Below are positions 1 to 9,516 of a stretch of DNA of 64,000 nt, one piece after another. The translations under genes were made by a program, and so were the position numbers. The stretch lies in assembly GCA_047967505.1 (NCBI GenBank), contig CM106538.1; one strand, written 5' to 3'. How positions within the stretch are numbered: position 1 is the first letter of the stretch; each line of letters starts with the position of its first letter. Below the pieces are notes generated by a model that was given only the letters and a program-made list of their open reading frames with translations, had not been told where the DNA came from and ran no database searches. This stretch comes from Dipteris shenzhenensis. Taxonomy: Eukaryota.

Positions 1-961
1 ATTATGAGCATTTTGTGTCTAAATGGCTCATGCAATGTGCCATTAGTCACATTGACGATTTGTCTTACCACGAGATCGAAAGTCATCCTTGTTAGCATGG
101 ACATCTCGTCAATGATGATCACGTTGGCTTCCTTGATTGCGAGGTGTCGCTCATCCGTTTCATGGATGTTCAGTGGGTACTGACTGCTGCGCACAGGGAT
201 CTTGAATTGGTAGTGTACAGTGGTTGCAATCCCGCTCAGCTGCGTCGCAACCGCCCCTGTTGATGCACAGAGTATTGTTGTTTTGTTTTGCGCTACCAGA
301 TGCGAAACATAGTACCGTATCAAGAAGCTTTTGCCGCTACCTGGTGTTCCACAGACAACGTGCAGCCCCGAGCTTGTTGAAGCTAGGCTTTCGAAGACTC
401 TTTGTTGTTCTACTGTCAATGCGGCATTGGCGAGCGACGGTGCGAAACTCGGCCATTTTTTCCAACATCCTCGCGCGTGTTGGCCCTTCGACGGTTTGCT
501 GGTCGATGTTAGGCGCTTCCATCGGGCAGTCTCGGATGATTCAAGACCAACCGTTCCACGTTGCGTTTCCTTGGGCTTTCGTATCACATATTGCCTATGG
601 AATCGTAGAACGTGCTCTCCTCGATGACGCTCGGTCTCCCGCAGTATATGTCGACCGGGTGCAGGGTGACGTTGTTGTTTCGCGAGACGATGCGTTGTCT
701 TAGAGATGGTGGCGAGGAGTCGACATAGTGAACGGTCTCGCTCCTTGTGATTGTTGGTATCTGCATGCAGTTTAGCGCGGCCTCTGTTGGAGAGGTTGGT
801 TTTGATAGGAGGCTCGCGGCGATGAGTTTCAGCTTTACTTCGCCGAGATGTTGCAACCCCAAACGCGAGGCGTCTTCTGAACGGATGTTCAGTTTGCCCA
901 TTGGTTCAGATTTCATCGCGTACTTGAGGAGGTAGTGAGAGATTGAAGAGTTTGTCACGCA
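1..961 (-). mobile_element. Helitron Rep/Helicase remnant (Rep C-terminal region plus PIF1-family helicase N-terminal half); runs off the window edge
   Basis: Manual minus-strand translation gives VTNSSISHYLLKYAMKSEP...SKPTSPTEAALNCMQIP...VHYVDSSPP...RPSVIEESTFYD (Rep-like). After a 1-nt frameshift near 600 it continues LTVEQQRVF...GLHVVCGTPGSGKSFL (Walker A)...LCASTGAVA...ATTVHYQFKIP...IIIDEMSML (Walker B)...PFRHKMLI. These are PIF1 helicase motifs. Confidence 0.85.
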
Positions 962-1410
962 GAGATCAAGTTCAAGAGCCGAGACAGAATGCTCCACACA
1001 AACGCAAAGAACCCTTACGACCGTGGCAATAAGTGGAGTTCGGTGCCCTTCAAGTACCCCTCCACCTTCCAAACTCTGGCAATGGATCCCTCCCAGAAGC
1101 AAAAGATCCAGGAGGACCTCACCGATTTTGTCAACGGCGAAGCTTTCTATAACAGGGCAGGCCGTTCCTGGAAGCGCGGGTATCTTCTGTATGGACCTCC
1201 TGGTACAGGCAAGTCCAGCATGATCGCTGCCATGGCCAACTTCCTGCAATACAATGTCTACGATTTGGAGCTCACTGAGGTAAAGTCTAACGCAGAACTC
1301 CGAAAGCTTCTTATCCGGACGAGCAACAAGTCTATTATAGTTATAGAGGACATCGATTGCTCGCTGGATTTCTCCGACAGGAAGAAGAAAGCTGAGAAGT
1401 CTCCGTCACG
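962..1410 (+). pseudogene. Fragment of plant BCS1-like AAA-ATPase (AATP1/ASD family)
   Basis: Reads EIKFKSRDRMLHTN...WSSVPFKYPSTFQTLAMDP...WKRGYLLYGPPGTGKSSMIAAMAN...IIVIEDIDCSLD, with Walker A and B present. The N-terminal domain and everything from the usual TLSGLLN motif onward are missing. ORF 989..1453 runs into unrelated sequence after about 1410. Confidence 0.88.
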
Positions 1411-3264
1411 TAATTCAACCTCTCTTTCAAACAAACAACGATTGATGATCTAATATATGAGTTGAAGGCAAGTAAGGAAGTAGAAGCAAACCTGATTGTG
1501 ATGATGAACAAACAGCAACACACTTGAAATTTTATGTTTCTCCTATATTTAAAGGTTTTGCCTTGGCTTTTTACGCAGTTGGCTTTTTACGCAGCTTTTG
1601 GGCTTTCAGAATTTAAAAAATCTAAGGGTGTATATTGTGCCATGTGGAAGCACAGGATTTCAGAATTTGGAAAAACGTCCTAGTGCTGGCCAAGTAAATA
1701 GGGATTGGGCCAAAGTCCCTTGTGGAAGAGTTGATTCGAGACAGGTGCAAACGGCAACACACCTGTAGGTGAGGAATAAGAAAGCTGTCTTGGGCAGTTG
1801 ATTGCCGGCCTTGAAGGTCTTCTCACGTTAAATTGTTCCGACAATGTTTGTCAAGCAATCTGTTCTGAGCGTGTGACATGCTGGTTTTCATTCAGGCTTT
1901 GATAGGGAACAATGGATGGAGCTCTTTGAGCCTACAGGGAAGACTGTATCATGTTGGAACAATTCCAAATTTGAAATGGAACATCTACGCTACGGATCTA
2001 AGGGTGATGGCTAGCTCTTCTTTGAACTGGTTCTTCCCCGTTGCCATCTATGCGCGACGGGCACGCCTTCCTTGAGCGGAGAAACTTACCTTGTCAACCA
2101 AGGTGTTGTCTTTGCATGCTTTTCAGCAATCGACTTACGGAACAAATTTGGCTTACTGATGAACAAATTTGGCTCTTGCACTGTTTTTGGTGAGTGACTA
2201 TCGTAAATTGCATGCTAGAAGAGCGCCGACGGATCTTTGGGAACTGAGATGGAACGGCTTCTTTTGATGGACAGTAAAGACTCCAATAAGCTTGGTATTG
2301 GAGTCGATGATCTTATCGAGTCATAAATTGGGAGGCGATTCCATTGCGGAGGAGATCCAATGCGGAAGAATTGAAAAGGTAGCACGAGGGATTAGGAGTG
2401 AAGAGGACAGATGACGACGATGGGGCGCGACATGAGCAAGGACAAGGGGAAATCGAGAAGACTGGAGGGCGTATATGCCATAGCTCGAAGCTGGATGTGG
2501 CCCAAACGGAGGGTAATCATACAGGATGTCGTTGTAAGTGGGTTAAGGTTGATGCGAGTTGAAAATAATACAATACTGTGCTTTTCTGTCTGAAAGCCGC
2601 CCATGCCCACACACTATTTGTGAGGCACAAGCAAACAACATAAGAGGCTTTTTCCACGATCGGCCAGGCCAGCGAAAATGCCCAGAGGCCTGGCAAATTG
2701 AAGCATCGCAAAGCATATATTCCCACGGAGCTGTCACACAGGAATTTCAGTGGTTTCGATAATGAATTGCAGGACCATCGACGAATGAGAGAGCTGCAGA
2801 TTGGTGTAGCCCCTAAATGCTAGGCTGGAGAGCTAAATTTTTGCTCTCCAACTTGGCACACAAATGCTGGATTTAGTCCCCTTAAATCAAGGGGCTCATC
2901 GTGGGAACACACCGAGCATGGGCAGACACAAGCAAATCTCAGCAAATATGCCGATGCGGGAATAGCCTCTAACAAGGCGGGAATAGCCTCTAACAAGGAA
3001 GGACAACTAGCAACAAGGACTGCATGGGCTATGTGAGTAAAAAGTTTGGTGAATGATTGCCTTCATCATTCTTGAAAGGGATTGATCAATCTCGAAAGTA
3101 AAAAAGAACTAGGGTCTTGGATTGCATAAAAGACTCCCTACTACACATGGAGATCACATAACACATTGTGAATTCTTTGAGTAAAGTTAAAATACATCAT
3201 GGAAGATCCACTCCAGAATTTCTAGAATATATCATAAAAGGTGAAAGAAGACGAGATGAAAGAA

Positions 3265-3494
3265 TTTTAGAGGTTCCCACAATATAAATTCACAGACTTC
3301 TACATTACGGGGGAGAGTTATGCAGGTATGATGACTCAAGAATATCAAGCAACCAATAATTAATTTGCTTTCCAAAACTTTCACGCTCACGAGATGTAAT
3401 TCTTGCATTATGATTTTCAGGGCACTATGTGCCACAACTATCTAAATTAGTTTATAAAAGGAACATGAAAGACGTATCCAATCCAGCGATTAAC
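3265..3494 (+). pseudogene. Serine carboxypeptidase-like (S10/SCPL) gene fragment: two partial exons and one intron
   Basis: Exon piece 3271-3325, GT..AG intron 3326-3420 (95 bp) and exon piece 3421-3494 splice to [43 protein letters not shown]. This contains the catalytic-Ser motif GESYAG. No other exons seen. Confidence 0.88.
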
Positions 3495-4231
3495 CATGGT
3501 AAGATCTGTAAACTCTTCCTAGAGTTATATAGTAGCTAGAACCTAGAGAGATAATAAGTCAACCTCTATGGAATTGTTTGGGCGGATTTCCCGTTGAAAG
3601 CAGCCCATCCACTTTGCAGAGGATAAGTTAGGTGATTGTCTAAACTGGCATTAGTTTGAATTGCTTGCGCAAAGCTGCTTGAAGCCCTTAAAGTTTGGGA
3701 ATCATCATCGTTACGAACAATGTTCTCGACAATGCTAGAGGCTTCCTTGTGATGCGTCACTAACGGTTTCTTGAATGGCTTCACCAAGGGGGAAACCGAT
3801 CCTTTGCAGACCTTGGCACTATCCATTTTTGCGAGACAATCATTCCCACATAGACAAAACCAATTGTGTTCACTCTATAACCCATCACTAAGAGATTGGA
3901 CGTTAACAACAATAGCTCCAAAAGTCAACAATAAATTGGCCCCAAAAAGGGTTCCTTCTAGCAAGGTCTTTTTTTAAGTTGAATAGCAAACGTATCCCCC
4001 AAAATTTGGCTTTGAATCCAATGATCCACCTACTAATTCATATCTAACATATTGATAAAAGCTAGGTTTTGCAAGTCCTTTGCCAAGTTTAAATTTTAGC
4101 ACCCTCATGTGCTTTGCTCATTTTCTATTTGTGGGCACATGTTAAGTGGTTAGAAAGATGTGGGCTCTACAGCCAATATGCAGAAATATGATTATGAATA
4201 TTGACATCCAGGCAATATGCCAGTATCTTAC

Positions 4232-4284
4232 CCATTCTCGAGACTTATTCTCGGTGCTTATATTCTCGGCGTTTATATTCTCGA
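4232..4284. repeat. Short tandem repeat, ~15-bp unit TTATATTCTCGRYGY, 4-5 copies
   Basis: ttattctcggtgc ttatattctcggcgt ttatattctcgacgc ttatattctcggtgc read directly. Confidence 0.8.
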
Positions 4285-4915
4285 CGCTTATATTCTCGGT
4301 GCCCAGGGAAGGGCCCGTTCCCCAAGATTATAACTCTTTGGGGATGGAAGCACACCGCCTCCCCATCCACACTAAGTGTGGTTATAATAATTATACATTA
4401 TATATTATCATACAAATATTCTCAATTGCTTGTCCATTCAAAATTGCTTGTTTTCAATCTAAAATCTTACAATATTCCTCTCTTTTGGTGCATGTTCTCG
4501 GTGCGAGGGAGCAAGGAAAGCCAAGCTGGACACAACATCGAAAGATATCAACACTTTTATTCATATGATTGTAGTCCATGTGACAATATTGTATAGACTA
4601 CAATGAGGATCAGTTATGAGCTCTTGTGAGCAATTGTCTTATTCATGTATTTATTGGGCTTCAACTCCCAAAATGCACAAACAATATGGACATCTCCAAG
4701 TCAATAATAAATCACCACCCTTGACATTGTGTAGGTCCTAACATACCTTGTTTTGTGTCACACTTTCACTCCTTCACTTTTTCCCTTTAAAAATAAGATA
4801 AAATGCTAGGATTCAGGTTCAATTTCAAGTTAGTAGTTAGGTGCTCGACCAAGGAAAGGCTGCCTGCTAGTTTTTGAAAAATGTTTTTCTTTGCCATTCT
4901 CCACTGGACCACTTA

Positions 4916-5235
4916 GGGCCTTATGTCATGGAAGGGAAATACTTAAGAAATAGCTATTTCTGTTATGCTGTGCAAATGCACCATGGGAAATAGAAGGGAA
5001 ATAGGTGGGAAATAGGGTGGGACCAGGGGAAATAGCACTCCATGCTCTACACCTCAAGGTGCTATTTCCGACACTCTTGAGAACCATTGATGTGACATTT
5101 CCTTTATCTCATTTTCCCTTGGTTCATTATGTCATGCATCATAGGAAAAACATCAGAATTAGACTCTTCCAAGGGAAAAGCATCCAAAATTGCCATCATT
5201 ATTTCTTCCTTTTTCCCCTCCATGACATAAGCCCG
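4916..5235. mobile_element. PIF/Harbinger (Tourist-like) MITE, 320 bp
   Basis: TIRs GGGCCTTATGTCATGGAAGGGAAA (4916) and TTTCCCCTCCATGACATAAGCCCG (ends 5235). TTA flanks both sides (4913-4915, 5236-5238). Internal GGGAAATAG subrepeats. Confidence 0.8.
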
Positions 5236-6228
5236 TTACAGACATGGAAGGAGAGGGTGGCAAGATGCAGGTGGTAGCAAAGAAATGGCAGTATTCCCAA
5301 AGACCTTGAAGCATGGTATGAAATGAGTGCCTGCAGCATTATGGCTGGTTCAGTCAATCCAATGACTGCAGCATTAAGGCTGGTTCAGTCGAACCAATGA
5401 CTACAGGAAACAGATACTTTTCTTCTCCCTGCTGTGAAATCCTTTTCGAGTTGCTACTGTCTGAGCCATCTTTCGTGCTTTTACTTGATGAGGCAAGGCT
5501 CAGATTACCATGCACGCCTGTGCGTGCTCCCAAAAATTGGGACAGTGGGCGAACCGAAAGCGTCCAGAACGAATATTCAAGTCGTAGGCTTGAATTGGGT
5601 TCCCAACAGTGTGTCCCATATTATGCTCTAGTCAGGCGACATTCCACGTATTGCACAAGATGATACTGTTGCACTCATGCAGGGATGTGATGGAGACAAA
5701 TTTTACAACCGTTTGATTTCTTGAAAAGCAGAGGGGGTATACGATCTTCTCTCATGCTTCAGAGTTTTTGGTGGACCCGACGGATAAGGTGACGGAACTT
5801 CGAAGTTCTTAGTTTCGGCGTTCAAGCGATTTGGTCTCTAGGTTGTTTGTTTATCCATATCTTTTTAGTTGCCAATGTAGGAACTGTGCAAGGGCAGTTG
5901 GCTTCCAGCTTGCAAGGTCACGAAGAAGCTCTTTACAGATGATTTGCATCTTGTCTTTTGCGTTTTCAATTCGAATGCGTTTGTACCTTTGACTTGTCAT
6001 TTGTGAAGCATATGTTTCCTTGGGCTTGTCATATAGGTCTCAACTTTGCTTGGCTGAACTTGTATTGCCAGCTTTAAGAGGATGAAATTTCTTTCATTTG
6101 GGTTCCTGTGAATATTTTTGGATAGTTTGTCTTCAGAGTTTTCATTTCTCCCTCTAAAAGCTTGTGTCTATATATAGAGTTTCCCAAGGTGGGGTCAGCT
6201 TTTCCCTAGATATATATATATATATATA

Positions 6229-8694
6229 TTGCTGTTGAACGTCAAGCTAGGATGCCAACTTATTCACATGTTTACTTCATGTGGAAGCTTGCCTGAAGCA
6301 ATTCAAGTTTTCAGCATTTTGCAGGCAAACCTTACAGCTTATGCACATCATGGTCAGGATGAGCAAGCTATTGTATCATACGAGCAGATGAAGCAATCTG
6401 CATTAAAATCAAGCTCGTATGCTTTTGTTGCAGCCCTCAAAGCATATGCGAGCCTTGAAAGCCTAGATCAAGGCATGCTTATCCACGGTGATGTCATCAG
6501 AGCAGGGCTTGATTCAGATCTTTTTGTTGGAAGCACTCTGGTTAAAATGTATACTGGATCTGGCAGTCTAGAAGATGCATGCAAGGTGTTTGACAAGTTG
6601 GTGGTACATGATGTGGTTCTATGGAATGCAATGATTGGTGGGTATTCCCAGCATGGGAAGGGTTACGAAGCCCTCCAATTGTATCTGAAAATGCAAGAGG
6701 GAGGCACAGAACCAAGCAAGGGCACTTTTTTATGTATCCTTAAAGCTTGTGTGCACATTGCAGCCTTAGATCAGGGCAAACTCATCCATGGGGATGTTGT
6801 AAAACGAGGGCTTGAGTCAGACTTATTTATTGGGAGTATCCTTGTTGATATGTATGCCAAATGCAGCAGCATAGAGGATGCACGCTCTGCGTTTGACAGA
6901 TTAGTGACACGAGATGTGGCAGCATGGAATGCCATGATTGTTGCATATGCCAATTATGAACAGGGTGAGCAAGCTATGGATTTGCTCAAAAGAATGCAGG
7001 AGGAGGGCACACAACCAGACAAGGTTACATATGTGTGTATTCTCAAAGCTTGTGTGAATAAAGCAGCGCTTAAGGTTGGCAAGCAGATTCATGCTGATAT
7101 CCGGAGTAGAGGGTTTGAGTCAGATCTTTTTGTCGCAAGTGCATTAGTTGACATGCATGCCAAATGTGGCAACCTAAAGGATGCACGAACCGTATTTAAC
7201 AATTTGCTGGTTCGAGATGTGATTTCTTGCAGTGCAATGATTAGAGGGTATGCTGAGCACGGGCAGGGTGAGGTGGCCCTCCAATTATTTGAAGAGATGC
7301 AAAAGGATGGTGTTGAGCCAAATGGGGTCACGTACATATCTGTTCTCAAAGCGTGTGCTAGCTTAGGAGCTTTAGATGAGGGCAAGCTGATCCATGCCAT
7401 AGTCAGGAAGAGAGGGTTTGAGTCAGGCCTATATGTTGGCTGTTCCCTCATTGATATGTATGCAAAATGTGGCAGCCTACAGGATGCATGCAAGGTGTTT
7501 GCCATGTTGCAGGTACGGGATGTGGTACTGTGGAATGCAATGATTGCAGGATATGCTGACCATGAGTATGGTCAGGAAGCTCTCCAGTTGTTTGTGAATA
7601 TGCAACAGGAGGGGACAAAGCCAGACAAGGTCACATTTGTGTATGCCCTCAAAGCCTGTGCCAGCACATTGGACCTGGATTATGGCAGACTGATTCATGC
7701 TGACATAATGAAACAAGGGCTTCAGTTAGATCCTTTTATTAGAAGCAGCTTGGTTTACATGTATGCCAAATGTGGAAGTCTAGGGGATGCACGTCTTGTA
7801 TTCACCAAATTGTTTGCTCCAGATGTAGTAACATGGAATGCAATGATTGCAGGACATGTGGCGCATGACTTTGGTCAGGAAGCTCTCCAGTTGTTTGATA
7901 AAATGAAACAGAAGGGCACGGAGCCAGATGATGCCACTTTTGTGTGCATCCTGAAGGCATGTTCCAGCTTAGCTGCTCTAGATCAAGGGAAGCTGATCCA
8001 CCAGGACATCATGAAATGTGGGTTAGAGTCATCTCAATGTATTGGAAGCGCCCTGATTGACATGTATGCCAAATCTGGTAGCCTAGAGGATGCGCATGTA
8101 GTATTTAGAAGGCTGCCATTACTAAGTGTTGTGGATTGGAATGCAATGATTGCAGGATATGCCAATCATGGGTACTGTTCAACTGCCCAATATTACTTTG
8201 AGAGCATGCAACAAGAGGGTTTGAAACCAAATGGTGTGACATTTGTGAGTCTCCTCTCTGCATGTTGCCATGCAGGCCTGCTATGGGAAGGGCATCATTA
8301 CTTCACGTTGATGAGGGAAGATCATGATCTTACACCCACATTTCAACACTATGTCTGTATGGTTGACCTGTTTGGCCGTGCAGGATGCTTGAGTGAGGCA
8401 GAGGATCTAGTCATAAAAATGCCCTTTTCACCTTATGCCGTTGTGTGGATTGCTTTGCTTGGTTCTTGTGCTAAACATGGCAATCTGGAGCTTGGAAGGC
8501 GAGCCTTCGAGTGCCTACTGAAATTGGATAGTAGGAATGATGCTGGGTATGTGCTCATGTCAAACATTTATGCAGTCAATAACATGTGGCATGATGTACA
8601 GAAAGTGGAGGAGATGAGAGCAGTAAGGAATTCAGGGCGGTTGCATGGAATGAGCTGGACAGGTGTGAATGGAAAGACATATAGTTTACCATGA
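6229..8694 (+). CDS. PLS-class pentatricopeptide repeat protein ending in E1/E2 domains (organellar RNA-editing factor type); possibly pseudogenising
   Basis: Intronless 821-codon ORF with ~101-aa P-L-S triplets (WNAMI..Y / TFVCILKAC / LVDMYAKCGSL), then P2-L2-S2, E1 (VVWIALLGSC) and E2 (YVLMSNIYA). A PG-box-like GMSWTGV lies at the end. First ATG at 6268. No obvious transit peptide. Confidence 0.93.
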   Translation: MLLNVKLGCQLIHMFTSCGSLPEAIQVFSILQANLTAYAHHGQDEQAIVSYEQMKQSALKSSSYAFVAALKAYASLESLDQGMLIHGDVIRAGLDSDLFVGSTLVKMYTGSGSLEDACKVFDKLVVHDVVLWNAMIGGYSQHGKGYEALQLYLKMQEGGTEPSKGTFLCILKACVHIAALDQGKLIHGDVVKRGLESDLFIGSILVDMYAKCSSIEDARSAFDRLVTRDVAAWNAMIVAYANYEQGEQAMDLLKRMQEEGTQPDKVTYVCILKACVNKAALKVGKQIHADIRSRGFESDLFVASALVDMHAKCGNLKDARTVFNNLLVRDVISCSAMIRGYAEHGQGEVALQLFEEMQKDGVEPNGVTYISVLKACASLGALDEGKLIHAIVRKRGFESGLYVGCSLIDMYAKCGSLQDACKVFAMLQVRDVVLWNAMIAGYADHEYGQEALQLFVNMQQEGTKPDKVTFVYALKACASTLDLDYGRLIHADIMKQGLQLDPFIRSSLVYMYAKCGSLGDARLVFTKLFAPDVVTWNAMIAGHVAHDFGQEALQLFDKMKQKGTEPDDATFVCILKACSSLAALDQGKLIHQDIMKCGLESSQCIGSALIDMYAKSGSLEDAHVVFRRLPLLSVVDWNAMIAGYANHGYCSTAQYYFESMQQEGLKPNGVTFVSLLSACCHAGLLWEGHHYFTLMREDHDLTPTFQHYVCMVDLFGRAGCLSEAEDLVIKMPFSPYAVVWIALLGSCAKHGNLELGRRAFECLLKLDSRNDAGYVLMSNIYAVNNMWHDVQKVEEMRAVRNSGRLHGMSWTGVNGKTYSLP

Positions 8695-8980
8695 GTGAGA
8701 AGGGTCACCTCAGAGTGGCGATAGATATGCACAGCTCAAGAAAAATAGGGAGCTGCTTTGGAGGAGGCAGGACATATACTGCACTTGGCCTCTGTGTCAC
8801 CACCTGTCGTGGAAGCGGATACTGAAGACACACTTGTGAACACAGCAAGAAACTGGCCAAGTTATCAGTACATCCGCAGTGGTGCCTCTTTAGAAGATGT
8901 GAATGTATATCAATTTCCCACAATGGTACCAGGATTACGTCAAGGACTGTAAAGCAATATATAGCTGTAAAGGCTACTTG
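8680..8980 (+). pseudogene. Frameshifted, internally deleted E+/DYW deaminase domain remnant of the PPR gene
   Basis: Across frame shifts: TMSEKGHL, LEEAGHILHLASVSPPVVEADTEDTL, CEHSKKLA (8835-8858; compare CGHSEKLA), ISTS, and terminal YSCKGYL (compare CSCxDYW). Confidence 0.72.
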
Positions 8981-9516
8981 GGGTGGGAGCTTGAGCCAGT
9001 GAATCGTTCCCTTGACTAAATACAAAGCAAGGGTAAAAGACCCCAAGGTCCATATTTTCTTTCCATTTAAAAGAAGAAGAAGAAGAGAGAGCGCTCTAAA
9101 GTTCTCAAAAAGAAGTTTTTCTTTTGGCGATCTGCAACACAAAAGTGAGAGGCCACTCCACCAACCAGTAAAGGCGTTTAAAAAAAAAGAGACAAAAGCA
9201 AAATATGAAGATGCTTGAATCAAGAAGGCGATTGGAACCACGAAATCACCATGCAATTAATTGGAGATCGATCGAGCGCATAGACGACTACGAGCGACAT
9301 CATCGGTCACATATCTTGCACTCTAGTCCTCTCTACCTCCGATCAAAAAGCGAGATAAGTGATTTCTTTGCTTTATATTTTATACACTTAGTATCTTCCG
9401 CCATTCGTTGTCTTACCATACCCTTGAATCACATTTTTATTTCATCCGTTTAATTCTCATACACTTATTATCCTTATTTCCCTTCGTTTTGCTTTATTTG
9501 TATTTATCACATTATC

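Noticed and set aside
224..935. Plus-strand ORFs 224..703, 331..627 and 747..935
   Set aside because: Antisense shadows of the Helitron Rep/helicase frame.
2600..2760. Possible zinc knuckle (RCFN/CQASGHF) of a LINE ORF1 on the minus strand
   Set aside because: Needs a frameshift and lacks supporting motifs; too weak to call.
8705..9453. ORFs between the PPR and gag (for example 8705..9256 on minus)
   Set aside because: Antisense to the DYW remnant and the retroelement leader; no recognisable protein features.
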